Of a DNA stretch of 64,000 bases, positions 37,309 through 49,867 are shown one piece after another. The notes beneath the pieces were generated by a model. The model did no database searches. It saw nothing but the letters and a program-made list of their open reading frames with translations, and was not told where the DNA came from. Position 1 is the stretch's first letter; each line of letters starts with the position of its first letter. The stretch comes from Mobula hypostoma (taxonomy: Eukaryota), in assembly GCF_963921235.1 (NCBI RefSeq), contig NC_086097.1, positions 245,584,001 through 245,648,000 of the forward strand, read 5' to 3'. Position numbers and translations under genes: made by a program.

Positions 37309-38169
37309 ATCTAAAGGCATGTAGATAGATGTGTGAAGAGGAAAGGTTTAGACGTATATGGGCCAAACTCGGGCCAAACAGTAGCTTGGATAGACATCTC
37401 GCTCGATACAGACGAGTTCGGCTGAAGGATCTGCTTCCGTGCTTTATAATCCCTTGCCTCTAAATACAGAGTGAAAGTAACCTGCTTTAGCTTGTTTTGC
37501 TTACTAGTTTTTAGTGTTTGTAAAGCCACAGAAGTACTAATGTGAGCTTTGGATTAGTTCTCTGAGGCCAATAAAAAACAGCAGGCAAACAGTAGCAATA
37601 ACACAACATAAAACTTTATCCCACTTGTTCAGCTTTCTGTCTGGTGGAAAGGAAGCCGTTTACAGCCAACAAGTCTTCAATGAAAAAGTTACATGTATTT
37701 CACTTAGCAGTGCAGTGTTTCACTCTGCCCAGCGGTCACTGTGCCTGATCCCCTCCCTCTAAAGAATTTTGATGGACTTTGATTCTGATAAGAAGTGCTA
37801 TGGTCTAGGAACAGGTAAGTTAGTGGGACTAGGCAGAGTAGCAGTTTGGCATGGGCTAGATGGGCCAAAGGGCCTGTTTCTGTGCTGTAATGCTCTATGA
37901 CTATAAAATTGTCATCATTATGTGCCATGTCATATGACGTGGCTGATTTTAGAGTAGGGTAAAAGGTCAGCACAACGTAGTGAACCAAAAGGTCTGCACT
38001 GTACCGTACTGTGCTCTGTTTCATGTCCATGACACCCAACATGATCAGGAAAGTCAGCAATTTCAATGATGTCTGCATCTTCACTTCTCAAGAGTAGTCT
38101 GAAGGAACTTGGGACACCGTTGCCTGTTATGTAGAAAATAATCAAATAGGAATTAGTAATATTTAGTTT

Positions 38170-38555
38170 GTTCGTTATGAGCTGTGTCGTCTGACTTGGG
38201 CGATAATGGTCCTTCCATGATCATGATTGTTCTTGGAGAATTTTTCGACAGAAGTGGTTTGCCATTACCTTCTTCTGGGTAGTGTCTTTACAAGACAACT
38301 GACTCCAGCCATTATCAATGGAGATTGTCTGCCTGGCGTCAGTGATCACATAACTAGGACTTGTGATCTGCACCAGCCGCTCATGTGACCATCCATCACC
38401 TGCTCCCGTGGCTTCACGTGATCCTGATCGGGGGGTGGGGGAGGTGGCGGGCTAGGCAGGTGCTACACCTTGCCCAAAGATGACCTGTAGGCTAGCGGAG
38501 GGAAGGAGCGCCTTACACCTCCTTTATTAGAGACGTATCTCCACCCTGCCACCCA
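38170..38555 (-). mobile_element. RTE-related SINE/non-autonomous element
   Basis: Minus strand contains gaaggtaatggcaaaccacttc, which resembles RTE/BovB-related segments. Shorter pieces at ~31140-31185 and 37910-37945. Confidence 0.5.
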
Positions 38556-38995
38556 AATATTATTCAGTAGAATTAAAGAATGAGATGGATGAAAGAAAAA
38601 TGGAAGACTGTGTGTGAGGGAAAAGTTAGATTGATATTGAGGTAGGTTAAACCCTCAACATAATATTGTGGGCTGAATGGCCTGTACTGTGTTGTAATAT
38701 TCTGTATAAAGTGAGGAGGTTTCATGACATACTCACATTTTTTCTTTGAGTACAAGGTTGTGTCAAACTGCGATTGTAGCTGGACAGAGTTGGGAGTTTC
38801 AAGATTAAATCAATTCCTTTTATTTATGTGAATGACGAAGGACTGGGTGGAAATTTATCTCTATTTCAAGCTAGTTTCTGCTTATCACCTTTCATTAATT
38901 TCTTTGTGATTCATGTATGTAGCTGGAATCCAGAGATTGTTTGCTTTTTTGGTTGTGACTGGTAATCACAAGGGATCTGACCAAGAAAATCTGTA

Positions 38996-39378
38996 GCATA
39001 AACACAAGAGATTCTGCAGATGCTGGAAATCTAGGGCAACACACGCAAAGTGCTGGAGGAACTCAGCAGATCAGGCAGCGTCTATGAAGGGAAATAAACA
39101 GTCTATGTTTCGGGCTTCATCAGAACTGGAAAGGAAGTGGGAAGAAGCCAGAATAAGAAGGTGGAAGAAGTACAAACCAGAAACTGATAGATGAGGGGAA
39201 AGGTGGGTGGGGGAGGAAGGATAAAGTAAAAAGCTGAGAGTAATTTGGTGGAGGGGATAAAGGACTGAAGAAATATAAGTCCTGATGAAGGGACTTGGCC
39301 CAAAATATTGACTGTTCATTCCTCTCCATAGATGCTGTCTGGCCTGCTGAGTTCCTCCAGTATTTTGTGTGTGTTACT
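38996..39378. mobile_element. Penelope-like pLTR insertion with inverted terminal segment
   Basis: Minus segment 39000-39270 plus plus-strand segment 39277-39378 (agtc-CTGATGA-A-GGGACTTGGCCC-AAAAT-ATT-gact). 14-bp TSD CAAGAAAATCTGTA at 38982-38995 and 39379-39392. Confidence 0.8.
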
Positions 39379-40165
39379 CAAGAAAATCTGTATTCCTCTT
39401 TCCTGGGAACACTCACTGTGATGATGCTAACACTGATTGTGAGGACTGATGAGATATGCTGAAACCCCCTTCGACATTGCTGGTGCGGAAGAGGAATTAA
39501 GTTTGAGCTTGTTATGTAGCAATCTAATTTTGAGGTGCTTTTGGAAAAATATATATGCTCTGATGGCTTACCACCAATTTTAATCCCATTTCAGAAACAC
39601 TTGAAGGATTTATTTTCTGCTGCTTTCAATTGAATTGGTATAGGCTTCAAAGGAGAAGGCAGGAGAATTAGGTTGGGTGGAATAAGAAATCAGCCACGAT
39701 GGAATGGCAAACCTGACTCAGCAGGCCGAATGGCCTAATTATGCGCCTATGTTTTACGGGATTATCTTACCGCGGCACAACTGCTGGTGGTTTGTGTAAT
39801 ACTCTACAGTTCCAACGTTTATATCAGGGGTTCAGTTCCCGCCACTGTCTGAAGGAACATGTCGGGTAATGTCATGGGTGACAGATGACACATATTGTTT
39901 ATAACAGAAACTGTTCTACATAATTCACAAACACTGTCACTGAAATGCTGTGTTCACTTTAACAGAAGGTGTTTCACATAATGACGTCAGTGTAAGACGA
40001 CTGCTTTTGCTTTGTTTCTAAAGGAGGTAAAGGGCTGCGGCTTTTGTTAAGCGTATGAAAGGACTCTCGCATGTTTTATTTGCAAAATCCTAAAAACTTA
40101 AAACTTGACAGCACAGTACAGGTCCTTCAGCCCGTGATGTTGTGCCAACCTTTTAACCTATTCAA

Positions 40166-40298
40166 AGTCCTGGCGAAGGGTTTCGACCCAAAACGTCGAC
40201 TGATCTTTTTTCCATAGATGCTGCCTGGCCTGCTGAGTCCCTCCAGCATTTTGTGTGTGTTGCTTGGATTTCCAGCATCTGCAGACTTTCTCTTGTTT
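40166..40298 (+). mobile_element. Penelope-like pLTR end starting at a degenerate hammerhead
   Basis: agtc-CTGGCGA-A-GGGTTTCGACCC-AAAAC-GTC-gact followed by the family tail. Inserted in a CR1 3' UTR. Confidence 0.7.
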
Positions 40299-40739
40299 GC
40301 AAAGTCAATCTAATCCTTCCTTCCTACATAAGACTCCATTTTCTACCATCCATGTGCCTATCTAAGAGTTTCTTAAATGCTCCTAATGTATCTGCCTTTC
40401 CAACCACCCCTCGCAGGCCATTCCAGGCACCCACCATTCTCTGTATAAAAAACTTACCTCTGACAAGCCCCCCAATTTTCTCCATCCTCCCCCATGACTG
40501 TGTGGGTTTCCTCCGGGTGTTCCAGTTTCCTCCCGCATTCCAATGACGTACGGCTTAGGGTTAGTAAAATCGTGGATGTGCTGTGTTGGTGCTGGAAGCC
40601 TGGGGACACTTGTGGGCTGCCCCCAGCACATATTCAGACGGTGTTGGTCATTGACAAAAATAACACCTTTCATGGTATGTTTCGATGCTTTGATGTACGT
40701 GTGGCAGGTAAAGCTGATCTTCAATTTTAATCTTGAATT

Positions 40740-41412
40740 TGGCTTTGCTTTATACTTTATACTTTATTGTCTCTAAGCAATTGATACTAAAACGTACAAT
40801 CATCATAGCAATATTTGATTCTGCACTTCCCGCTCCCTGGAGTACAAATCGATAGTAAATATTAAAAATTTAAATTATAAATCATAAATAGAAAATAGAA
40901 AAATTGGAAGTAAGGTAGTGCAAAAAAACCAAAAGGCAGGTCCGGATATTTGGAGGGTACGGCCCAGATCTGGGTCAGGATCCGTTCAGCAGTCTTATCA
41001 CAGTTGGAAAGAAGCTGTTCCCAAATCTGCCCATATGAGTCTTCAAGTTCCTGAGCTTCTCCCGGAGGGAAGAGGGACAAAGAGTGTGTTGGCTGGGCGG
41101 GTCGTGTCCTTGATTATCCTGGCAGCACTGCTCCGACAGCGTGTGGTGTAAAGTGAGTCCAAGGACAGAAGATTGGTTTGTGTGATGTGCTGCGCTGTGT
41201 TCACGATCTTCTGCAGCTTCTTTCGGTCTTGGACAGGACAACTTCCATACCAGATTGTGATGCACCCTAGAAGAATGCTTTCTACGGTGCATCCGTAAAA
41301 ATTAGTGAGGGTTTTAGGGGACAGGCCAAATTTCTTTAGTTTTCTCGGGAAGTAAAGGTGCTGGTGGGCCTTCTTGGCAGTGAACTCTGCTTGGTTGGTC
41401 TAAGTGAGGTCA
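40740..41412 (-). mobile_element. Rex1/Babar LINE 3' end
   Basis: Minus strand encodes ESILLGCITIWYGSC..QDRKKLQKIVNTAQHIT...AARIIKD...LFVPLPSGR...RFGNSFFPTVIRLLN. Confidence 0.85.
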
Positions 41413-42139
41413 GGCCTTCGACCAGGGGTACCCACCTGGGGGCCAAGGACTGCTGGGTTAATGGTAGAGTCCATGGCAAAGAGCAAGGTTGAGAACCCTG
41501 GCTTAGACTTTACATCAAAATCATCAAATATATATCAATATTATAAAACATTTCTAGAGTTTAGTTTCTGGTTGGGCTAGGGTGAGTAGGAAGAAAGGAT
41601 GTACTGTATCACATTGAAAGTGGAGTGCATGTTTTGTTTAGAGGCTGTAGTTCAGGTGCATTGCTGTGGTATAGGAAAAAGGGTTCTGGTTTCCATCTTT
41701 ACCATCTCTAGCCCTGTTAGTAATTAGTAATCAGAGTCATAAGGTAGTCAGCTTTACCCTGTGAAGTCCCGCTTCATCTTAAACATTTAAACAAAAAACA
41801 AATGTTTTGTTTGAAACAGCCTTCGGGTTGGCAGGATGAGGACAGATCAAATTCCACGCTGTCAGCAATATCATTACCCTGATATGGCTCTCTTTGCTAC
41901 TGTGCACAAACAGAGTGCTAGGCACACTGAAAATACTAACATACAAATATCCTAACATGTGTTTTCTGAATTTTATAATATTTTTAATTTAACATAGAAC
42001 ATCGAACAGTACAGCGGGTGCAGGCCCTTCAGCCCACAATGTTGTACTGACCTTTTAACCTACTCAGAGATCAATCTAATCCCTCCCCTTGCCACTTTTA
42101 AACACTAGATCAAGACCTATTCACTTACCCTTGCTTTTA

Positions 42140-42822
42140 ACTCATTGAAAGTGGCATCACAGGTAGATAGGGTGATAATGAAAGCTTTTAGCACTGTGGC
42201 CTTCATATATCAATGTATTGAGTATAGGAGTTGGCCTGTTATGTTGAAGTTGTTTAATATCTTGGTGAGGCTAATTTGGACTGTTGTGTGCAGCTTTGGT
42301 CTCCTACCTACAGGAAAGAAGTAAATAAAGTTGAAAGAGTACAGAGAAAGTTTACAAGGATGTTACTGGGACTGGAGGACCTGAGTTAAAAGGAAAGATT
42401 GAATAGATTAGGACTGTATTCCTTGGAATGTCAAAGATTGAAAGGAGATTTGATAGAGGTACGCAGAATTATGAGAGGTATAGATATAAATGCAAGCAGG
42501 ATTTTTCCACTGAGGTTGGCTGAAACTACAACTAGAGGATATGAGTTCAGGGTGAAAGCTGAAATGTTTAAGGGGAACATGAGAAATTTCTTCACTCAGA
42601 GGATTATGAGAGTGTGGAGCGAGCTACTATTGAAAGTGGTGCATGCGAGCTCGATCTCAAAGTTTAAGGGAAGTTTAGATAGGTACATGGATGGTAGGGA
42701 TATGGAGAGCTGTGGTTGTGGTGCAGGTCAATGGGAGTTGGCAGATTAACAGTCTGGCATGGACTAGATGGGCTGAAGGGCCTGTTTCTGCGCTGTGCTT
42801 TTCTAGGACTTGATGACTCTGA
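42140..42822 (+). mobile_element. CR1 LINE 3' fragment
   Basis: ORF 42399-42749 RLGLYSLECQRLKGDLIEV...FFTQRIMRVWSEL, followed by a 3' UTR. Confidence 0.9.
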
Positions 42823-44334
42823 CTGACATATTTTTGTCCTTTATTTTCATGTGTAATTTTATTTGTATTTTAAAATTTATTTTCAGGTTTGTACTTTTAT
42901 CCCATTGTAAAGCACTTCGAACTACATTGTCTCCATGAAAAGTGCACTATAATAAAGTTGTTATTGTTATTACATTTTTATTTTTTCTCAGCTCAAGCTG
43001 GTAAAATCTGAGGTAGGGTATAGCTGAGCCCCCTCATTTCTCAATTGCTAGGAACTTTCCAACTATTCTAGTGGTGTTTAGTATTGTGGTTTCTGAAGAT
43101 TTACGTAGATATTGCCGTGTGGGCCTAATTGTTTACTGCTATTGTGTAGTTTATTTGGGATGATACCAGTTGTAGATATCACTATTGGGACAATGTAAAC
43201 CCTGTTCATGTTCCAAAATCTTTCAATTTCCTGTTTTAATTCAGCATATTTCTGGTGTTTTTCACTTATTGATTTCTGTAAATTATGTGGGTTTGGAATG
43301 ACTACATCTATTAAGTAAGTTGTTCTTGCCTGTTTATCCTGTAATATTATATCCAGATGGCTATTATTATTATTATTGTTCTATCATCGTTGTGCCTATC
43401 TAAGAGTCCGTTAATTGCCTCTGATGTATCTGCCTCTATTTGTAATTGAATGAAGTCCATTCATCTCCATTGTTGTTGTCACCATGAGATCAGATTTTTA
43501 GTGCCATTTCAACCAACTTTTGGAGAGGGATGTGCCTATTTGTGACTAAAACTATCAATGCTTTGAGGCACTGGGAATCAATTTAAATGAATGTTGACAC
43601 CACAGAAGAAAGACGAAAAAGTAAACCAAAAACTTCTGACGAGACATGGTACAGCTCTCCCGACTCAAGATTTCAGATGATTATTACTTCTATCATTTTT
43701 ATTCCAAACTTCCAACCTTTCTCCCAAATGTATTTAATAATTTGGGATAATAATTCTGCATTTACAATTTTTATTATGTTACATGTATAAAACATAGCAC
43801 ATTACAACATTGTAGAGGCCTTTGGTCCTCAGGTTCCCTTTAAACATTTCACCTTTCACCCTTAACCTAGTCTCACCCAACCGCACACAGTGAAAAAAGC
43901 CAGCTTACATTTACCCTACCTGTATCCCTCACTGAGTGGTCACCCACTATATATTGGTTGGGCCACATGGGTACCGGTGATCAGGCAGACTGTATCTGAG
44001 ATGACTTTTACTTATTCGAGAGCTCTGGATCTTTTTCTTTCCTTTTTCCATATAGTTCTACTTCCTTTTTGAAAATTGGAACATAGAACACTACAGCACA
44101 GTACAGACCTTTCGGCCCATGATGTTGTGCCGACCTTTTTACCTACCCTCAGATCAATTTAATCCTTATCTTCCCCATAGCCATCAACTTTTCTAATGGT
44201 ATTTCTCAGTATATATTTTGTGGAAGAAGATTCCTGTTTTCTGTCAGGGAAGGAGTACTTGTCAATGATCTCAGTAGACTGCTCAGACATAAAGTTCAAG
44301 TTTATTGTCATTCTACTGAACACATGTATATAAT

Positions 44335-46020
44335 AGGCATCTGTTAGTCCCGTGAGACCATGGATTTGTGCCTTGGAAGTTTTCCAGGGCGCAGGCCTGG
44401 GCAAGGTTGTATGGAAATTACAGGCCAGTAAGTTTAACGTGGGTAGTAGGTAAGTTATTGGAGAGAGTACTAAGAGACAGAATCTACAAGCATTTGGATA
44501 GACAGGGACTTATTAGGAAGAGTCAACATGGCTTTGTGCGTGGTAGGTCATGTTTGACCAATCTATTGGAGTTTTTCGAGGAGGTTACCAGGAAAGTGGA
44601 TGAAGGGAAGGCAGTGGATATTGCCTACATGGATTTCTGTAAGGCCTTTGACAAGGTCCCATATGGGAGGTTAGTTAGGAAAATTCAGTCGCTAGGTATA
44701 CATGGAGAGGTGGTAAATTGGATTAGACATTGGCTCAATGGAAGAAGCCAAAGAGTGATAGTAGAGAATCGCTTCTCCGAGTGGAGGCCTGTGACTAGTG
44801 GTGTGCCACAGGGATCAGTGCTGGGTCCATTGTTATTTGTCATCTATATCAATGATCTGGATGATAATGTGGTAAATTGGATCAGCAAATTTGCTGATCA
44901 TACAAAGATTGGAGGTGTAGTAGACAGTGAGGAAGGTTTTCAGAGCCTGCAGAGGGACTTGGACCAGCTGGAAAAATGGGCTGAAAAATGGCAGATGGAG
45001 TTCAATACAGACAAGTGTGAGGTATTGCACGTTGGAAGGACAAACCAAGGTAGAACATACAGGGTTAATGGTAAGGCACTGAGGAGTGCGGTGGAACAGA
45101 GGGATCCGGGAATACAGATACAAAATTCCCTAAAAGTAGCATCACAGGTAGATAGGGTCATAAAGAGAGCTTTTGGTGCATTGGCCTTTATTAATCAAAG
45201 TATTGAGTATAAGAGCTGGAATGTTATGATGAGGTTGTATAAGGGATTGGTGAGGCCGAATCTGGAGTATTGTGTTCAGTTTTGGTCACCAAATTACAGG
45301 AAGGATATTAATAAGGTTGAAAGAGTGCAGAGAAGGTTTACAAGGATGTTGCTGGGACTTGAGAAACTCAGTTACAGAGAAAGGTTGAATAGGTTAGGAC
45401 TTTATTCCCTGGAGTGCAGAAGAATGAGGGGAGATTTGATAGAGGTATATAAAATTATGATGGGTATAGATAGAGTGAATGCAAGCAGGCTTTTTCCACT
45501 GAGGCAAGGGGAGAAAAAAAAACAGATGACATGGGTTAAGGGTGAGGGGGGAAAGTTTAAAGTGAACATTAGTGGGGGCTTCTTCACACAGAGAGTGGTG
45601 GGAGCATGGAATGAGCTGCCAGAGGAGGTGGTAAATGCGGGTTCTTTTTTAACATTTAAGAATAAATTGGACAGATACATGGATGAGAGGTGTATGGAGG
45701 GATATGGTCCGTGTGCAGGTCAGTGGGACTAGGCAGAAAATGGTTCGGCACAGCCAAGAAGGGCCAAAAGGCCTGTTTCTGTGCTGTAGTATCTATGGAA
45801 GACCGGCAATTGTCCATGTTGCAAGTCTCCCCTCTCCATGCCACCAATGTTGTCCAAGGGAAGGGCATTAGGACCCATACAGCTTGGCACCAGTGTCGTC
45901 ACAGAGCAATGTGTGGTTAAGTGCCTTGCTCAAGGACACAACACGTTGTCTCGGCTGGGGCTCGAACTAACGACCTTCAGATCACTAGACTGACGCCTTA
46001 ACCACTTGGCCACGTGCCAA
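44335..46020 (-). mobile_element. tRNA-derived SINE with RTE-like tail, split by a CR1 insertion (44335-44416 and 45801-46020)
   Basis: Minus head GGCACGTGGCCAAGTGGTTAAGGCGTC...GTTCGAGCCCCAGCC (A and B boxes) and gtgtccttgagcaaggcacttaacc core. 16-bp TSD actgaa(c/t)acatgtata at 44315-44330 and 46022-46037. Confidence 0.75.
44417..45797 (+). mobile_element. CR1 LINE, 5'-truncated, long open RT frame
   Basis: ORF 44368-45732 has NYRPVSLT, QHGFVRGRSCLTNL, GVPQGSVLGP, FADH (second catalytic Asp changed to His) and RPNLEYCVQFWSP. TSD TATGGAA at 44410-44416 and 45794-45800. Confidence 0.95.
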
Positions 46021-46249
46021 CACTGAATACATGTATACAGATAAACAAAACAACATTCCTCTGGGACAGGGGTTTCTCACCTGGGGTCCATGGATCCCTC
46101 GGTTAATGGTAGGGGTCCATGGCTTAAAAAAGCTTGTGAACCTCTGCTCCAGGACCAGGGTGCAAAGCACAATACAAATATCACATCCAACACATAAAAT
46201 AATACTAACAGATAATTTAAAAATTTGTAGATGGACAAGTTGACATCAG

Positions 46250-47110
46250 GATCAGAATCAGGTTTATTATCACCGGCATGTGACGTGAAATTTGTTAACT
46301 TAGCAGCAGCAGTTCAGTACAATACATAGTATAGAAGAGAAAAAAAAATAAAAATAATGATAATAATAAATAAGTAATTCAACTACAATATATACACATT
46401 GAATAGATTAAAAAAGTGCAAAAACAGAAATACTGTGTATTTTAAAAAGTGAGATAGTGTCCAAGGGTTCAAAGTCCATTTAGGAATCTGATGGCAGAGG
46501 GGAAGAAACTGTTCCTGAATCACTGAGTGTGTGCCTTCAGGCTTCTGTACCTCCTACCTGATGGTAACAGTGAGAAAAGGGCATGCCCTGGGTGCTGGAG
46601 GTCCTTAATAATGGATGCTGCCTTTCTGAGACACCGCTCCCTGAAGATGTCCGGGGTACTTTGTAGGCTGGTACCCAAGATGGAGCTGACTAGATTTACA
46701 ACCCTCTGCGGCTTCTTTCGGTCCTGTGCAGTAGCCCCTCTACACCAGACAGTGATGCAGCCTGTCAGGATACTCTCCACAGTACAACTATAGAAGTTTT
46801 TGAGTGTATTTGTTGACATACCAAATCTCTTCAAACTCCTAATGAAGTATAGTCACTGTCTTACCTTCTTTATAACTGCATCAATATCTTGCGACCAGGT
46901 TAGATCCTCAGCGATCTTGACACCCAGGAACGTGAAGCTGCTCACTCTCTCCACTTCTGATCCCTCTATGAGGATTGGTATGTGTTCCTTCATCTTACCC
47001 TTCCTGAAGTCCACAATCAGCTCTTTCGTCTTACTGACATTGAGTGCCAGGTTGTTGCTGTGGCATCATTCCACTAGTTGGCATACCTCACTCCTCTACG
47101 CCCTCTCTTG
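46250..47110 (-). mobile_element. Rex1/Babar LINE 3' end
   Basis: ORF 46520-46834 NFYSCTVESILTGCITVWC...CLRKAASIIKDLQHPGHALFSLLPSGRRYRSL, upstream LNVSKTKELIVDFRK and a (CTGATT)n-like tail. Confidence 0.9.
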
Positions 47111-47162
47111 CATGCACTAAAATATACAACAGTATAATAAGACTGGGTTCCTTAAGGTGTTA

Positions 47163-47725
47163 TAGCCAGGGGTGGTGCTGGGGATGAGCTCCCACTACCT
47201 ATTAAATGCTTACAATAGTGTGCATCTCACATAGCTTCTGAAAACCAAGTCCAGTTCCGGCTTTCGTGTGTGGCTTAGCTACTAAGCCCAGTGGAACTAT
47301 TTCTACTGACAGGAGAAGGGGCAAAGGCAGGTTACTGGCGCCTTAAAACTAGTCGCTGTGTACAGATGGTGATTGTCAGCCGTGGTTGGCAGCGCATCTA
47401 GGCAAAGGAAAACTGTGATCTCAAACCTCCGCTGCCTTGCAGCTATATCCACATGTGGAAGGATTCGAGAGGAAACCCCCAGGGAGAATCCAGAGCTGGA
47501 GTCCCTGAGGCAGCATTTGGTTCAACGTGGAATGGCAACTCCTGCAGCACCACTGGTGCCAAACTGTATCGACGTCTACTATTCCATTGGATTCATCAGC
47601 TGCGTGGAGAGGGGGAGTCTGCTGCATGGGCAACAGCTCGCTCTCCGTATCGTACTGGCCTAGCTTGTGTAATCACATAGACAACTAGAAGGCAATATCC
47701 TTGGTTGACCCTGACCAACAGAGGG
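47163..47725 (+). mobile_element. Probable RTE-related non-autonomous element (5' UTR-like)
   Basis: GC-richer block interrupting a Rex-type tail. Motifs ggaaaact...ctcaaacctccgctgccttg resemble RTE-clade 5' regions. Assignment is weak. Confidence 0.35.
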
Positions 47726-49080
47726 CCCCAATAATGCGACTGGCGCTGTCATAAATAATGTGTACAGGGTGACAGCAGGATGTTCAGAAGACTCACACCC
47801 CGGGGGAAGAAGCTGTTTCCCAGCTTAACTGTCCTTGTTCTTATACTGCCGTACCTTCTGCCTGATGGCAGGAGGTCAAAGGGATTGTGAGACGCTACCA
47901 TCACATGGATAAGTGTCCTGCTGAAGGATCTCGGCCCGAAACATCAACTGTGTACTCTTTTCCATTGATGCTGCCTGGCCTGTTGAGTTCCTCCAGCATG
48001 TTGTTTCTGTTGCTTTGGGTAACTTATCTACCCAGGTGCTTGTTTCATTCATTTGGTGGAAGGAGCTCTGCTGTGCTTGCTTTCTTGTTTTGTTTTAGCT
48101 CGGCCTGTCACTGGTTTCATAATAAATGGAGTAGATGATGTTAAAAGTGAATGGGGATCTGCAACAGATGCAGCCAGATCCCTGCCCTGGGGACAGAACA
48201 CACTTGCGTGCAGGAAAATTATGCCTGTCCTCCGGTGCAGATGGTCGGATTGTGACCTTCCCATTACCTTATTTCCTTTACTTTTATTGGATCCAAACGT
48301 GTTCCTTATCGGCTATATGGGTCAGGCAAATCAGCTAATTTCGACGTGGACTTTTATGGTTTGACCCTGACGAGCTACAGGAAGAAGGAGGTCAGCTTTT
48401 CTGCTCCAGTTGTTCAGTAGGAAAGTGTGTGACCAGACCTAAATAAGAATAGGATTAACTAGACACAAGAAAGTCTGCAAATGAAAGAGGGTCTTGGCCC
48501 GAAACGCCTAACCTGCTGAGTTCCCCCAGCATTTTGTGTGTTTTGTTTCTGATTAACTAAACTATAGTTCAAATTTCAAAGTAAATTTATTATCGAAGTA
48601 CATATATGTCACCAAATGCTACTTAACCTAAGATTCATTTTCTTGTGGGCATTCACAGTAGATGCAACGAAACACAATAGCATAAGTGAAAAAAAAGACC
48701 CACAAAGACAGACAAATAACCAGTGTGCAAAAGAAGAGAAGTTGCAAATATGAAAACAACAATAATAATAAGTAAGTAGCTAATTATTTAATAGTATTGG
48801 AACAAGAGTTGCAGAGTCTTTGAAAGTGAGTCTGTAGGTTGTGGTATCAGTTCAGTGTTGTGGTGAGTGAAGTTATCCACACTAGTTCAGGACACTGATG
48901 GTTGAAGGGTAAGTGTTGTTCCTAAACCTGGTGTGGTATAGTATATGAGAGTACTCTATTTGTGTCTTAATTGGAAAACTCAAAATCTCAAGTTCAGATT
49001 TATAAAAACATATAGCCACATGACTCTGCATTATTTAGTTTGATTCTAATATAGACTAAGCTTTATTGGATTTAGATATG

Positions 49081-49867
49081 CAATTGATTTCTGTTAATTG
49101 GGCCATCAGTTAATCAGGACAGCTGCTTATTTGGGACAACTATTACAGAGTAAAAACTAATGGAGAAAATAGCTGGGACTCCCTTTGTTTATTTGGGGCA
49201 GGAGATGTTGCCGAACAGTTTCTAACTAGCGTCAGTCACATGCACTTGTGTAGCTATTAGACACTACACCGCATTTAGAGCAAACAGGTTTTAAGTAGCG
49301 TCAGTTGCATGTGTTTGTGTTCAAAAAGCAGTAAGTTTTGACACTGATGGTTGGTGAGAAATGAACAGTAAGACAATTCAGAACTGCTTTGATCAGGCTT
49401 GGAGATTCCAGAAATGACCAGGAATGAATATGAAACTACTTTACTACTTCAACTAGTTCAGATCTACTAAGTATTTTAAGATATCGGCAATGATCTTGAA
49501 TTTTGCAATGAAAATGAAGATTTGGGGGATGCAATCATTGGGATGGCATTCCATGAAGACAGTCCATTATCTCTTTTAGGTGTCTATGCTGATTTGTTAA
49601 TTTACAGTCAATCAAAAGAGCACAGCAGTGTACACTGAACAAATAACTCCGTTGATAACTATTGGAAACCAATACACAGTTTTATAGTACTGTAGTAGTA
49701 TTAGTAGTGTATTTCTTTTATATACATAATTTGTTACTCAGTCATATGGTAATTTGTCTTTTCTATACTTTTTTAACTATTTCCATGAAACTTGGCTAAT
49801 TGGGGCAGCTGCTTAATTGGGCCAAGATGTACTGGTCCTGATGTGTCCCAATTAACCAGTATTACTG
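49081..49867. mobile_element. Tigger/pogo-like non-autonomous DNA transposon
   Basis: Imperfect TIRs caattgatttctgttaattgggcca and tgtcccaattaaccagtattactg, with subterminal repeats cagctgctta(a/t)ttgggc/ac at both ends. Confidence 0.6.

Noticed and set aside
38440..38555. HDV-like ribozyme at the 5' end of RTE-related elements (also ~47165)
   Set aside because: I could not identify a consistent P1/P2/P3/L3 nested pseudoknot by eye.
44368..45732. 454-aa ORF as a functional or domesticated reverse transcriptase gene
   Set aside because: It is a 5'-truncated CR1. The N-terminal residues come from the flanking SINE, the start is non-ATG and the catalytic motif reads FADH.
45950..46020. tRNA gene on the minus strand
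   Set aside because: The A/B boxes belong to a SINE head followed by SINE body and tail and flanked by a TSD. The same applies to the HE1-like heads.
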